IMG/VR virus record: IMGVR_UViG_3300032030_000020
Span: 68,670-132,669 of that record
Direction: 5' to 3' (one strand)
Length of the DNA: 64,000 nt
From: a virus
Lineage: Duplodnaviria; Caudoviricetes
Shown one piece after another: positions 55,979 through 63,889 of the stretch. Numbering within the stretch: position 1 is the first letter of the stretch; every line of letters starts with the position of its first letter. Position numbers and translations under genes: made by a program. Below the pieces are notes generated by a model. The model did not search any database. It saw nothing but the letters and a program-made list of their open reading frames with translations, and had not been told where the DNA came from.

Positions 55979-58771
55979 ATGAAGGAACAGATCATGGAGA
56001 CAAAAGCGCAGGCCCTGTACGGTACTCTGAAGCTGAAGATGGCGGAACTGGAGACCGCCAAGGAAACACTGACCAAACTGACTGCTGACCGTCAGCCCGG
56101 AGAACATGGTGCCCGCCGGTCTATCCGCCGCGCAGAGAAGGAGCTGGAAGCGGCTCAGGCTGCTTACAACGACGCTTACAAAGCCTACAAAGCGGAGAAC
56201 TCCGCCGCGTGGGCTGAGTATAAGAACGAGAAGGAGGACAAGAAGATGAACGACACTGGACTTCAGAAGATCGACAGATATGTCGTGGCTGAAAGCAAGA
56301 CGGAGGAGATCACGATCTTCTCCAGCGCTGCCACCCGGCATATCATCGAGATGGGCCATGCTGTGAGAGACAGCGTGGTCAAGATCAAGTCGGAGTGCAA
56401 GGACACTCTGGCTATGGACTATGCCCACGCGGAAATGGTGCATTATTGCGCCAAGGGCTTCAGCAAGGACGGAAAGCGGTTCGTTCCGCTGATCGTGGCC
56501 GCGTCCGACCATCGGAAGGCGACAGCCACATGGATGGATGACCAGATCGCCGCCGCCTACTGGAAGTGGTCGATGTGCGGACTGACCCTGCCGGAGATCT
56601 CCGGGAAGATCGCCGTCAATAAGTATATGGCGTATCAGGGTCTCATGTGGTCGGCTTCCAAGAAGTTCAAGGAAGTGTTCGGCATCGAAATCGACCCGGC
56701 CCGAATCGCCGTGGTGAAGGACGGCTTCGTCGAAGTCACCGGCATCATGGACGTGGTGCACGACGACGGCACGGTCGAACACGCCGTGGAACGCACGATT
56801 ACGATCAATGCGTTCGACGGGCAGGGTTCAATGAGAGCTACCCTGTCCAGTGGTGAGTCCGTGACCATCCGGGCTCCGTGGATGAAGGCATTCGTGCAGG
56901 CCTGCAACTGGGATGAAGTGATTGAATACTTCACGAAGGTAAAGGGCGATACTAAGATCCAGACCATCTACGGAGAGAAGGACCTGCAGGACATCGATAT
57001 CGTCCTGACGGTGTCCTGCTTCAAGGCCGCCAAGCTGTACGACTCTTGGGAGAAGTACGAGAAGGCTTTCCGTGAACTGGGACACGAAGTCTGCGTCTGT
57101 GTCCGGGAGCATCAGCCGAAGCTGAAGGGCATGCCCTATCAGCAGGGACAGACGCTGCAGGGAACGGACGAAGACGTTGAGAAGTTCGCTCAGCACAGCC
57201 TGATGACTGTCTCCAAGTACGAGAACCAGAAGGAAGCTGTGAAGCTCCTTCGTGGGTATCACAGGGCTGCGGCAAAGCTGTATCCGGCCATGATGAAGGA
57301 AGGATACACCGCCCGGACCATGCAGGAGAAGTACACTTCTCTGAAGATGGAAATGCTCGGTGGCCGCATCCCGGAACTTGGCTACAATGCCTTCGGTGCA
57401 GCTGACATCAAAGCGTTCTGGGAACACGTGGCTGGACAGCCGATCGTTGGCTGCCTGAAGGCCGGTGAGTGCAGCCTGCTCCTGCATAAGGAAGGGCTGA
57501 CCGACGTGACGCGGTCTCCGCATCTGGACAACGCCCACGTTCTTCTGTACAACGTACGGAAGATGCCGTTCGTACCGGAGAAGAGCCCGACACTCTTCGT
57601 GAACATCTGGGATCTGACCACCATTCAGCTCAGGTGTGACTACGACGGCGACCACTTCTGGTACAGCCAGAACGCCAATCTGCTTGATCTGATTAAGAGG
57701 ACGTATGAAGTCCTGAAGAACCTGCCGATCGACTGGGAGGCACCGGAATCCACGAAAGGTGTCATCAACAGGACGACGATCAGCGAGTTCGTGTCCAACC
57801 TGCTGAAGGGCAGCGAAATCGGCCTGTATGCCGATGCACTGACCAAGATGTGGGCGAACGGCTATAATCATGACGTCTGCTGCTGGCTGACCTATGCTGG
57901 CAACGTGCTGATCGATGCCGCAAAGCACGGTAACGTAAAGATCGAGAAGCCGGACGCTGTGAAGGCCGTGGACTCAATGTCTCTGCCTGAGTTCTGCATG
58001 TACGCGAAAGCAGACAAAGAGCATCCCGCCGGTTCCAAGTACTGGACGGAAGAGCGCTTCGTCTGCGTCGACGAGCAGAAGCACAAGAAGACCGTGTATG
58101 CTTCCGAGTACAACGAGAAGAAGCACGGCACGATCAAGACCGTGCTGAAGCCCCGGACGCAGTACTCTGGCAGCTTCCTCGACAAATTCAGCCGCCGTGT
58201 GAAGGCACTCGTGCCCGACACTCTGGTGGTGAATGGGCTGGACGAGGAGATCTTCGACGTCACAGTCATGCTGATTAACCCGAAGCGGATAATCGGCAAG
58301 CTGGCTGGCCTGTCCAAGAAGGCGTCCAGCTACAACGACACCACCGGAAAGTACGAGGATGAGGGTGGCCTGTTCCAGCAGATCGCCTTCCGTCAGTCTG
58401 CCGAGTGGAAGGAACTCATCAACTACGACGAGTTCAAACTCGACTACAAGGCGTGGGAAGACGCCAAGGCCGAGTCCGCCCGTCAGGAGATGATCGCATG
58501 GGCTCGGGCGAAGTACGAAGGCAACGCCGTTGTCGCGGGGTACAGCGATGAGCAGATTCTGGAAGGAATCTACGACATCGTAACCCGCAACATGTTCGGA
58601 CCGGCCAAAGTATCCGATGGATACGACACGGTCGTGAAGAGCGCCTACTGGCGGATCTTCGGCAAGATGGCCTGCGACGTCATCGCCGACAATCTGGGTG
58701 AAGAAGCCCTGAGCTTCGACCCCCGGCTGGACGACGACCTCGGCGATGTCGATGGCGCCGAAGACTGCTAA
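55979..58771 (+). CDS. Single-subunit two-barrel RNA polymerase, YonO/QDE-1-like
   Basis: F-D280-G-Q-G; I-R298-APWM-K303; R512-S-P-H; C-D554-Y-D-G-D; C-terminal IGxxxD...IDAAKHG motifs typical of this family. Confidence 0.88.
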   Translation: MKEQIMETKAQALYGTLKLKMAELETAKETLTKLTADRQPGEHGARRSIRRAEKELEAAQAAYNDAYKAYKAENSAAWAEYKNEKEDKKMNDTGLQKIDRYVVAESKTEEITIFSSAATRHIIEMGHAVRDSVVKIKSECKDTLAMDYAHAEMVHYCAKGFSKDGKRFVPLIVAASDHRKATATWMDDQIAAAYWKWSMCGLTLPEISGKIAVNKYMAYQGLMWSASKKFKEVFGIEIDPARIAVVKDGFVEVTGIMDVVHDDGTVEHAVERTITINAFDGQGSMRATLSSGESVTIRAPWMKAFVQACNWDEVIEYFTKVKGDTKIQTIYGEKDLQDIDIVLTVSCFKAAKLYDSWEKYEKAFRELGHEVCVCVREHQPKLKGMPYQQGQTLQGTDEDVEKFAQHSLMTVSKYENQKEAVKLLRGYHRAAAKLYPAMMKEGYTARTMQEKYTSLKMEMLGGRIPELGYNAFGAADIKAFWEHVAGQPIVGCLKAGECSLLLHKEGLTDVTRSPHLDNAHVLLYNVRKMPFVPEKSPTLFVNIWDLTTIQLRCDYDGDHFWYSQNANLLDLIKRTYEVLKNLPIDWEAPESTKGVINRTTISEFVSNLLKGSEIGLYADALTKMWANGYNHDVCCWLTYAGNVLIDAAKHGNVKIEKPDAVKAVDSMSLPEFCMYAKADKEHPAGSKYWTEERFVCVDEQKHKKTVYASEYNEKKHGTIKTVLKPRTQYSGSFLDKFSRRVKALVPDTLVVNGLDEEIFDVTVMLINPKRIIGKLAGLSKKASSYNDTTGKYEDEGGLFQQIAFRQSAEWKELINYDEFKLDYKAWEDAKAESARQEMIAWARAKYEGNAVVAGYSDEQILEGIYDIVTRNMFGPAKVSDGYDTVVKSAYWRIFGKMACDVIADNLGEEALSFDPRLDDDLGDVDGAEDC

Positions 58772-58854
58772 CCCAACCGACAGGGAGACTGGTTTCGACC
58801 AGTCTCCTTTTTTTCACGCAAACGAGAGTCTAGCAAAGAAAGGAGAACGGAACT

Positions 58855-59250
58855 ATGTACAATATTATTTACAAAAACGACGAGGGGATGAACTTCGTCT
58901 ACCGCTGCTCCGACGAGAAGCAGCGTGACCACTTCGTTTCTATCCTAACGAACGCCGGGATTGAGTACGATGTAAGGGAAACGACCGACGAGATGTATTA
59001 CCAGATCTGCGGCTGCCTTTTCAGGTCTGACGGTCAGATGTACACATTCGTCAGGCACGAAGGAGACGCAAAACCCGGCATGTCAGCCGCTGCTGTTGTC
59101 AAAGACTCCTACGGACATGAATCCACCAAGGAAGTAATAATCGTTGATACGAGAAAAGCTTCTGAGTCTGAAATTCACGCCATTGCGCGTGGACTCGGGT
59201 ATAAAGAGCTCGGTAGCATTGAGCGTGTCTGGCAGCGCAAATTAGCATAA
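58855..59250 (+). CDS. Hypothetical protein
   Basis: AAAGGAG RBS; 131 aa; last gene of the cassette array. Confidence 0.75.
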   Translation: MYNIIYKNDEGMNFVYRCSDEKQRDHFVSILTNAGIEYDVRETTDEMYYQICGCLFRSDGQMYTFVRHEGDAKPGMSAAAVVKDSYGHESTKEVIIVDTRKASESEIHAIARGLGYKELGSIERVWQRKLA

Positions 59251-59349
59251 CCAAAATCTGAGTCAGCCGAAAGGCTGGCTCTTTTTTTATTTACGCGACC
59301 GCTAGAGACGCTGCTCTTTAGCGATCCAACACAATGGGGCCCACCCCAT

Positions 59350-59389
59350 TTTTTGCGGCCCCACCTTTTTCTGCGGCCCCCATTTTTTC
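59350..59389. repeat. Paired T-run/GCGGCCCC repeats (second pair at 60566-60604)
   Basis: TTTTTGCGGCCCC and TTTTTCTGCGGCCCCC here; TTTTTGTGCGGCCCC and TTTTTTCGCGGCCCC at 60566-60597. Confidence 0.7.
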
Positions 59390-59947
59390 ACTTCGTTCAA
59401 GTTACAATGCTCTAAAGGTCGCTTACGCTGGCTTGATAAAGATGAAACTGTTTCTCCAATGTTTCGGGTGCTGTCCCGGGGCGTGGGGTTCCTTGTTTCT
59501 TGAGCTCGTTTGTGCGGTTCCCGGGGCTCGGGACGGAAGTTTCTGTGCTTCGTGGCCGCTGACGCTCGCTTGATACCTATGAAGGATTCGTCCTTCCGCA
59601 GAGTGCGACTGCGTTACAAATCGCATATCAGGCGTCGCTCGATGAGTTTATGCGCCGAGTTCGTCTGGGTACACGTTACTGCCCACCATAGGGTCAGTCC
59701 GTCATTTGCACGGCGGCTGACGGCTTGACGGTAGCGAGCTAAAACCGTTCCTACTGACGCGGAGTCGAAAAAGGAGATACAGCCGATTGTGCAATAGGCT
59801 TGTATTGAGTGTAAGTAGCCGCGTGAGGCCAGCCAGTGCCGCGAGTAAGAAACTGGCATTCCCATAGTTGGTCTAAGCCGGTCGCTGACGCTGGCTTGAT
59901 ATTTATGAGACTGCGGTCTCGACAAATTTGAAAGGAGACTTTGTCCG

Positions 59948-60202
59948 ATGAAAACGATGAAACAGATTGCTCAGCTCGAACGTATCTATGCGGAGAAGGC
60001 CGCGAACGCGGAGGCCCTGATTAAGATTGTCAAGCGCGAGGTCGACTACGTGCACAACCACCTGAACACCATGTGTCTGGAAGAACTGCAGGAGCGGCTG
60101 GACAACATCCGCGACATGCGGAAAGAACTCGCCGCAGCGAATCAGTGGTGCGAAGACACCAAGAAAGAATTGGCGGAGTTCTATGCTCCTGCTATCCGGT
60201 AA
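59948..60202 (+). CDS. Hypothetical coiled-coil protein
   Basis: AAAGGAG RBS; 84 aa. Confidence 0.75.
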   Translation: MKTMKQIAQLERIYAEKAANAEALIKIVKREVDYVHNHLNTMCLEELQERLDNIRDMRKELAAANQWCEDTKKELAEFYAPAIR

Positions 60203-60283
60203 CCCCACATATTGAACATTCCTGCCCCGGCCGACTGCGTAGCAACGTTCGGGGTGGATGCAGTTCAACAACGAAGACATTCA

Positions 60284-60442
60284 ACTCAGCCGTCGCAGGT
60301 TTCCTCCTCCTTCCTGTGGCTGGCTGACTTGAGTACCTTCCTTCCGGGAACAGCCCGGCACCTCCTTTCTTTCAGGTTGACAGGTCTGGACAACCTGTTG
60401 ACCGACAGGCATACGTTGTGGTGGACGTATGCCTGTTTTTTT
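60284..60442 (+). ncRNA. Candidate structured sRNA / 3' UTR with anti-Shine-Dalgarno tracts
   Basis: Hairpin with loop UUUCCUCCUCCUU; linkers ACCUUCCUU and CACCUCCUUUCU; ends in terminator ACAGGCATACG...CGTATGCCTGT followed by a T-run. Confidence 0.45.
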
Positions 60443-60608
60443 TCTCAGACATCATCTGGGAGAATACAGCCCGAATTTCGCTTCCAGACTTCTGGATGAA
60501 TAAATACTCATCCGAGACCTTAGAAGCGGTTTTTCGAGAAAAATTTCCCAGTTGTTAACTGTAATTTTTGTGCGGCCCCATATTTTTTCGCGGCCCCTTT
60601 TTTTGGGA

Positions 60609-60633
60609 CATTCGAAAAATTACGTATGGGAGA
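60609..60633 (+). promoter_or_regulatory. Candidate phage late-class promoter, + strand copy
   Basis: CATTCGAAAAATTACGTATGGGAGA. Confidence 0.65.
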
Positions 60634-60671
60634 TAAACGGCTTACGCCTGCTGAAACAGATGAAAGGAGTG

Positions 60672-60824
60672 ATGCCTGTGGTGCCCAAGAACAAAATGTC
60701 CAAGAAAGCTCAGGCTGAACTCAACAAGCAGAAGCGAGTGACCTGGGACTTCTCTCCTGTTTCCAGAGTAAAACAAAACGGCAAGATCTACAACCGCAAA
60801 AGGAGGACGTATGACAGTTACTAA
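60672..60824 (+). CDS. Small basic hypothetical protein
   Basis: AAAGGAG RBS; KMSKKAQAELNKQKRVTW...YNRK. Confidence 0.65.
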   Translation: MPVVPKNKMSKKAQAELNKQKRVTWDFSPVSRVKQNGKIYNRKRRTYDSY

Positions 60825-61023
60825 TCACGGAATGAATAAGTCCGTCAAGACAATCTATCAGAACCAATTTCAGGTCATCGGTTATCCGCCTTGGCTAAGT
60901 AAATGTCAGTTCGAAACCTTAACCGAGGCCGAGAACGAAATTCGTAACTTGCACTTTACCAACGCAATGAAAGTCACCACGACCGTCCGCCGTGTTGTTG
61001 TGCGGACACCGAAAGGAGAATAA
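60811..61023 (+). CDS. Hypothetical protein
   Basis: AGGAGG RBS; 70 aa. Confidence 0.6.
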   Translation: MTVTNHGMNKSVKTIYQNQFQVIGYPPWLSKCQFETLTEAENEIRNLHFTNAMKVTTTVRRVVVRTPKGE

Positions 61024-61025
61024 AA

Positions 61026-61541
61026 ATGCGTAAGGTTATTCTGAATAAGTGCTTTGGAGGGTATAGCTTCAGCCCAGAGTTTATAGCTGAGTATCTGGAG
61101 CGCACCGGAGCCAAGAACGTCACGTACCAAAAGACCGTCTATGCCAAACTCGGAGAACGGGAAGACATCCCGATGACAAGAGACCAGTTTGTCGAGCACA
61201 GTGCTGGTTTCGACGCATACGCTTGTGTGGACGGCGAGCGTTTCGAAGACCGCGATATCGAACGTGATGATCCTGTTGCTGTTGAAATTCTGGAAGAACT
61301 GGGCTCTAAGGCTTGCTCCGGCCGTTACGCATTACTTGGAATCGAGAAGTACAACGAGACCAAGTATGCTGCCCGCATCGAGGAGTACGACGGCGACGAA
61401 ACCCTTGTTCTGACCCGCCTGCTCACCCCTGACATGATCCGCGAATGCAAGAGCACGGACGAAATTATTGATCTTCTGACAGAGGTCAATGCTTTTGTTA
61501 CGCCGGATAAAGATTGTTTCACAAGAGATGTTTCACTTTGA
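61026..61541 (+). CDS. Conserved phage hypothetical protein
   Basis: KVILNKCFGGYSFS...RDDP...EELG...EEYDGDE pattern; RBS present. Confidence 0.75.
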   Translation: MRKVILNKCFGGYSFSPEFIAEYLERTGAKNVTYQKTVYAKLGEREDIPMTRDQFVEHSAGFDAYACVDGERFEDRDIERDDPVAVEILEELGSKACSGRYALLGIEKYNETKYAARIEEYDGDETLVLTRLLTPDMIRECKSTDEIIDLLTEVNAFVTPDKDCFTRDVSL

Positions 61542-61603
61542 GTCAGCCCGCTTACGCTGGCTAAATGCTTATGCGGTTTGTCCGCACAGAAAGGAGAATC
61601 ACA

Positions 61604-62047
61604 ATGGAACTCATGCCTGTAACTATCTCTACGGATGGGGCCTGCTCCGGTAATCCCGGCCCCGGTGGATACGCCGCTATCCTGCGGTTCGGCAACAAAT
61701 TCAAGGAGCTCTCCGGTTACGAGTCTCAGACGACCAACAACCGGATGGAGCTTCGGGCTGTCATTGAATCCATTGCGATTCTGAAGAAGCCCTGCCGCAT
61801 TTTGGTTCGCACAGACTCCACAATGGTCTGCAACGCTATCGACAATCTCGACTCTATGCCGGACAGGGGTTGGAAGACCAGAACCGGCGCAAGAAGAGCT
61901 AACTGCGATCTCCTTCAGAAACTCTATAAGATCAAGCAGGATGGACATCACACCCTGCAATTTGAGCATGTGAAAGGTCACAGCCTTGATCCCGATAACG
62001 AACGCTGCGATCTTCTTGCAAGAGCGGAGATTGCGAGGCACGTATGA
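61604..62047 (+). CDS. rnhA: Ribonuclease HI
   Basis: TDGACSGNPGPGG, TTNNRMELRA, TDS, HVKGH, NERCDLLA. Confidence 0.95.
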   Translation: MELMPVTISTDGACSGNPGPGGYAAILRFGNKFKELSGYESQTTNNRMELRAVIESIAILKKPCRILVRTDSTMVCNAIDNLDSMPDRGWKTRTGARRANCDLLQKLYKIKQDGHHTLQFEHVKGHSLDPDNERCDLLARAEIARHV

Positions 62048-62075
62048 TCTACGAAAGAAAGAGGACTCGCAAAGC

Positions 62076-62321
62076 ATGATTAGTACAAGAGAGATCTACG
62101 AGGCCGCGAGATCAACCTTTATTATGGATTATAACTATCAGCGCAAACAGGTTCAAAAAATGAACAGAAAGGCAAACGCCGATATCGAACATGCGGCACA
62201 GTGGAGAACCCTGGCAACGATTTTTGATACGCTTGCGGATGTGACCTATGACAAAATCTTGTATGTCACGGAAGAAATAAAGCGCATTGCAGAGGAGGGA
62301 GATCATGAATCTCGGATGTGA
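62076..62321 (+). CDS. Hypothetical protein
   Basis: GAGG RBS before ATG 62076. Confidence 0.6.
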   Translation: MISTREIYEAARSTFIMDYNYQRKQVQKMNRKANADIEHAAQWRTLATIFDTLADVTYDKILYVTEEIKRIAEEGDHESRM

Positions 62322-62487
62322 ACCGAGAACGACATACGAATGCTTCGAGCCTGATCCCAGCGATGAGTTCTACGATCAGATGTGTACAGCCGCCTATTCA
62401 CGATTGTTTTCTGAAGGAGTTGATTACAGTGCCCAAGACTGTACGGAATACGATTCTTGCGACATCAGCCTTGATCGGGCTGGTTGA
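62305..62487 (+). CDS. Small acidic Cys-containing hypothetical protein
   Basis: GAGGAGG RBS before ATG 62305. Confidence 0.5.
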   Translation: MNLGCEPRTTYECFEPDPSDEFYDQMCTAAYSRLFSEGVDYSAQDCTEYDSCDISLDRAG

Positions 62488-62517
62488 CCTTGTGATGGCC
62501 GTCATCCTGTTGGTGAG

Positions 62518-62760
62518 GTGATCCCTATGGTCAACGTATGGGCGATGTCACCCAATGGAAAGAAAAGCTTACTATGCGAGCCGGATACGAAAGTACCGGC
62601 CGTTTTTAGTGAGGATGACGCATGGGCCTTCATTACGAAGGTCATGCGCATGGACAACGCGCCACGTTTTATGTGGACAAAGGAGGTACCTGATGCTGGA
62701 TGCCCTGATTATCTTGGTGATGAACATTCTGACCTTCACGGCCGGGATGCTGATTGCTAA
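62518..62760 (+). CDS. Hypothetical protein
   Basis: GAGGTG RBS-like sequence; true start may be ATG 62527. Confidence 0.5.
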   Translation: MIPMVNVWAMSPNGKKSLLCEPDTKVPAVFSEDDAWAFITKVMRMDNAPRFMWTKEVPDAGCPDYLGDEHSDLHGRDADC

Positions 62761-62998
62761 CTACTACAACGACAAAGCTGAGCGCGAGAAGAAGGACGCG
62801 CTCGAAAGGCAGTTCGTCCGGCTCCGTTGCAAGATGGATGCCGATGACCCCTGCAAACCCTACGTCTCCCGTTTGGCCCCGCTCAACACTGGTGACTTCG
62901 ACGGCGATAGAGGGCCCATTACCGAAGAGTTCATGAAGAACTTGAAGGAAAACGGCTCAGCCAAAACGTCGTTCCGTAAGTCCGACATTGCTAAATAA
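62693..62998 (+). CDS. Small membrane-anchored protein containing LNTGDFDGD
   Basis: AAGGAGGT RBS; N-terminal hydrophobic helix; 101 aa. Confidence 0.7.
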   Translation: MLDALIILVMNILTFTAGMLIANYYNDKAEREKKDALERQFVRLRCKMDADDPCKPYVSRLAPLNTGDFDGDRGPITEEFMKNLKENGSAKTSFRKSDIAK

Positions 62999-63148
62999 CC
63001 GCCCTGGCGGGCTGGTTGATGCTTATGAGTCATACGTCGGTTGGCTCCGCGATCTCAAATCCGACGCGCCGCTGTGGACTGGCGTTAACCACGGTCGTCT
63101 CTTTACAACCCCACAACACAAAATATTGATTATTTGGAGGTATTAATT

Positions 63149-63526
63149 ATGACTATTTCTGTGATTGGTAACATTGGTAACGGTGCGGAACTGCGTACGG
63201 TCAACGTCAATGGCGTGGAGACTTCTGTTTGCTCCTTCTGGATGGCTGAGAACTTCAAGAAGCGGGACGGCAGCACCAAGACCACTTGGCACAAGGTGAC
63301 CGTCTGGCGGAAGTACGCCGAAGTGATGGCGCAGTACCTGACCAAGGGCCGGAAGATCCTGGTGACGGCTGAGAACGCCGAGGCCAAGACCTATACCGAC
63401 AAGGAGAACCGCATCCGCCCGTACATCGACATTCAGGCCAGCAAGATCGAACTGCTGGACGGCAAGAAGCCGGAGGAGACTGAGCCCGAAGTCGAAGTCG
63501 AGGATGAGAGCACCCCTTGGGATTAA
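63149..63526 (+). CDS. ssb: Single-stranded DNA-binding protein
   Basis: IGNIG...ELR...TTWHKVTVW...YLTKGRKILV; acidic tail ending PWD. Confidence 0.92.
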   Translation: MTISVIGNIGNGAELRTVNVNGVETSVCSFWMAENFKKRDGSTKTTWHKVTVWRKYAEVMAQYLTKGRKILVTAENAEAKTYTDKENRIRPYIDIQASKIELLDGKKPEETEPEVEVEDESTPWD

Positions 63527-63541
63527 TTTTGTAAAGAAAGA

Positions 63542-63576
63542 AGCGGTCGGCTAAAGATAGTCGGCCGCTCTTTTTT
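63542..63576 (+). terminator. Intrinsic terminator between convergent genes
   Basis: AGCGGTCGGCTA-loop-TAGTCGGCCGCT followed by T6. Confidence 0.75.
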
Positions 63577-63889
63577 AATGTCTGCTATAGTTGCGAATCA
63601 GCATAAGTGGCTCTTCACCGTGAGACTCGAAGACGTCTTTCTCGATGTGCCAGCGCGAGTTTCCGATGCGCTTTAGCAATCCAGCATCCTGAGCCGCCTT
63701 CATTGCATGGACGACTGCCGTGTAACTTGTTCCTGCCCCTCTGGAAATCTCATCGTACGAACCGTTGAAGTAATAACTCTTTGGGTCTGTACGCTCCAGA
63801 ACGTAGAAGATGATTCTCAGCCGACAGGTATCAACATTGACCGCTTCGGCCATCTTTACAAAGTCATTCGTTGTCATCATGCTCGTCAC
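63575..63889 (-). CDS. Winged-HTH DNA-binding protein (RepL-like)
   Basis: SYDEISRGAGTSYTAVVHAMKAAQDAGLLKRIG HTH-wing pattern. Confidence 0.6.
   Translation of the reverse strand: MTSMMTTNDFVKMAEAVNVDTCRLRIIFYVLERTDPKSYYFNGSYDEISRGAGTSYTAVVHAMKAAQDAGLLKRIGNSRWHIEKDVFESHGEEPLMLIRNYSRH

Larger units (their letters stand above)
50942..59295 (+). promoter_or_regulatory. 15 dispersed hairpin + T(5-7)-A-TTT(T/C)N-A(C/T)G elements separating early genes (terminator/promoter cassettes)
   Basis: T-tract starts at 50976, 51380, 51714, 51873, 52055, 52547, 52962, 53408, 53749, 54294, 54686, 55026, 55816, 58808 and 59282; each is preceded by a stem-loop. Confidence 0.75.
59421..61574 (+). promoter_or_regulatory. 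Repeated motif GCTKACGCTGGCTTGATnnnnATG (candidate middle promoter), 5 copies
   Basis: Copies start at 59421, 59558, 59884, 60640 and 61550; degenerate copy near 63003. Confidence 0.65.

Noticed and set aside
55913-58317. Several long minus-strand ORFs (289, 366 and 141 aa)
   Set aside because: Antisense shadows of the GC-rich RNA polymerase gene.
50942-59295. CRISPR array or integron interpretation of the repeated intergenic elements
   Set aside because: Spacing is gene-sized and irregular, hairpin sequences differ, and there are no attC-type ends and no cas or integrase gene in the window.
62999-63130. Possible tRNA in the structured gap before ssb
   Set aside because: No T-loop GTTCRA or cloverleaf found; no tRNA could be supported anywhere in the window.
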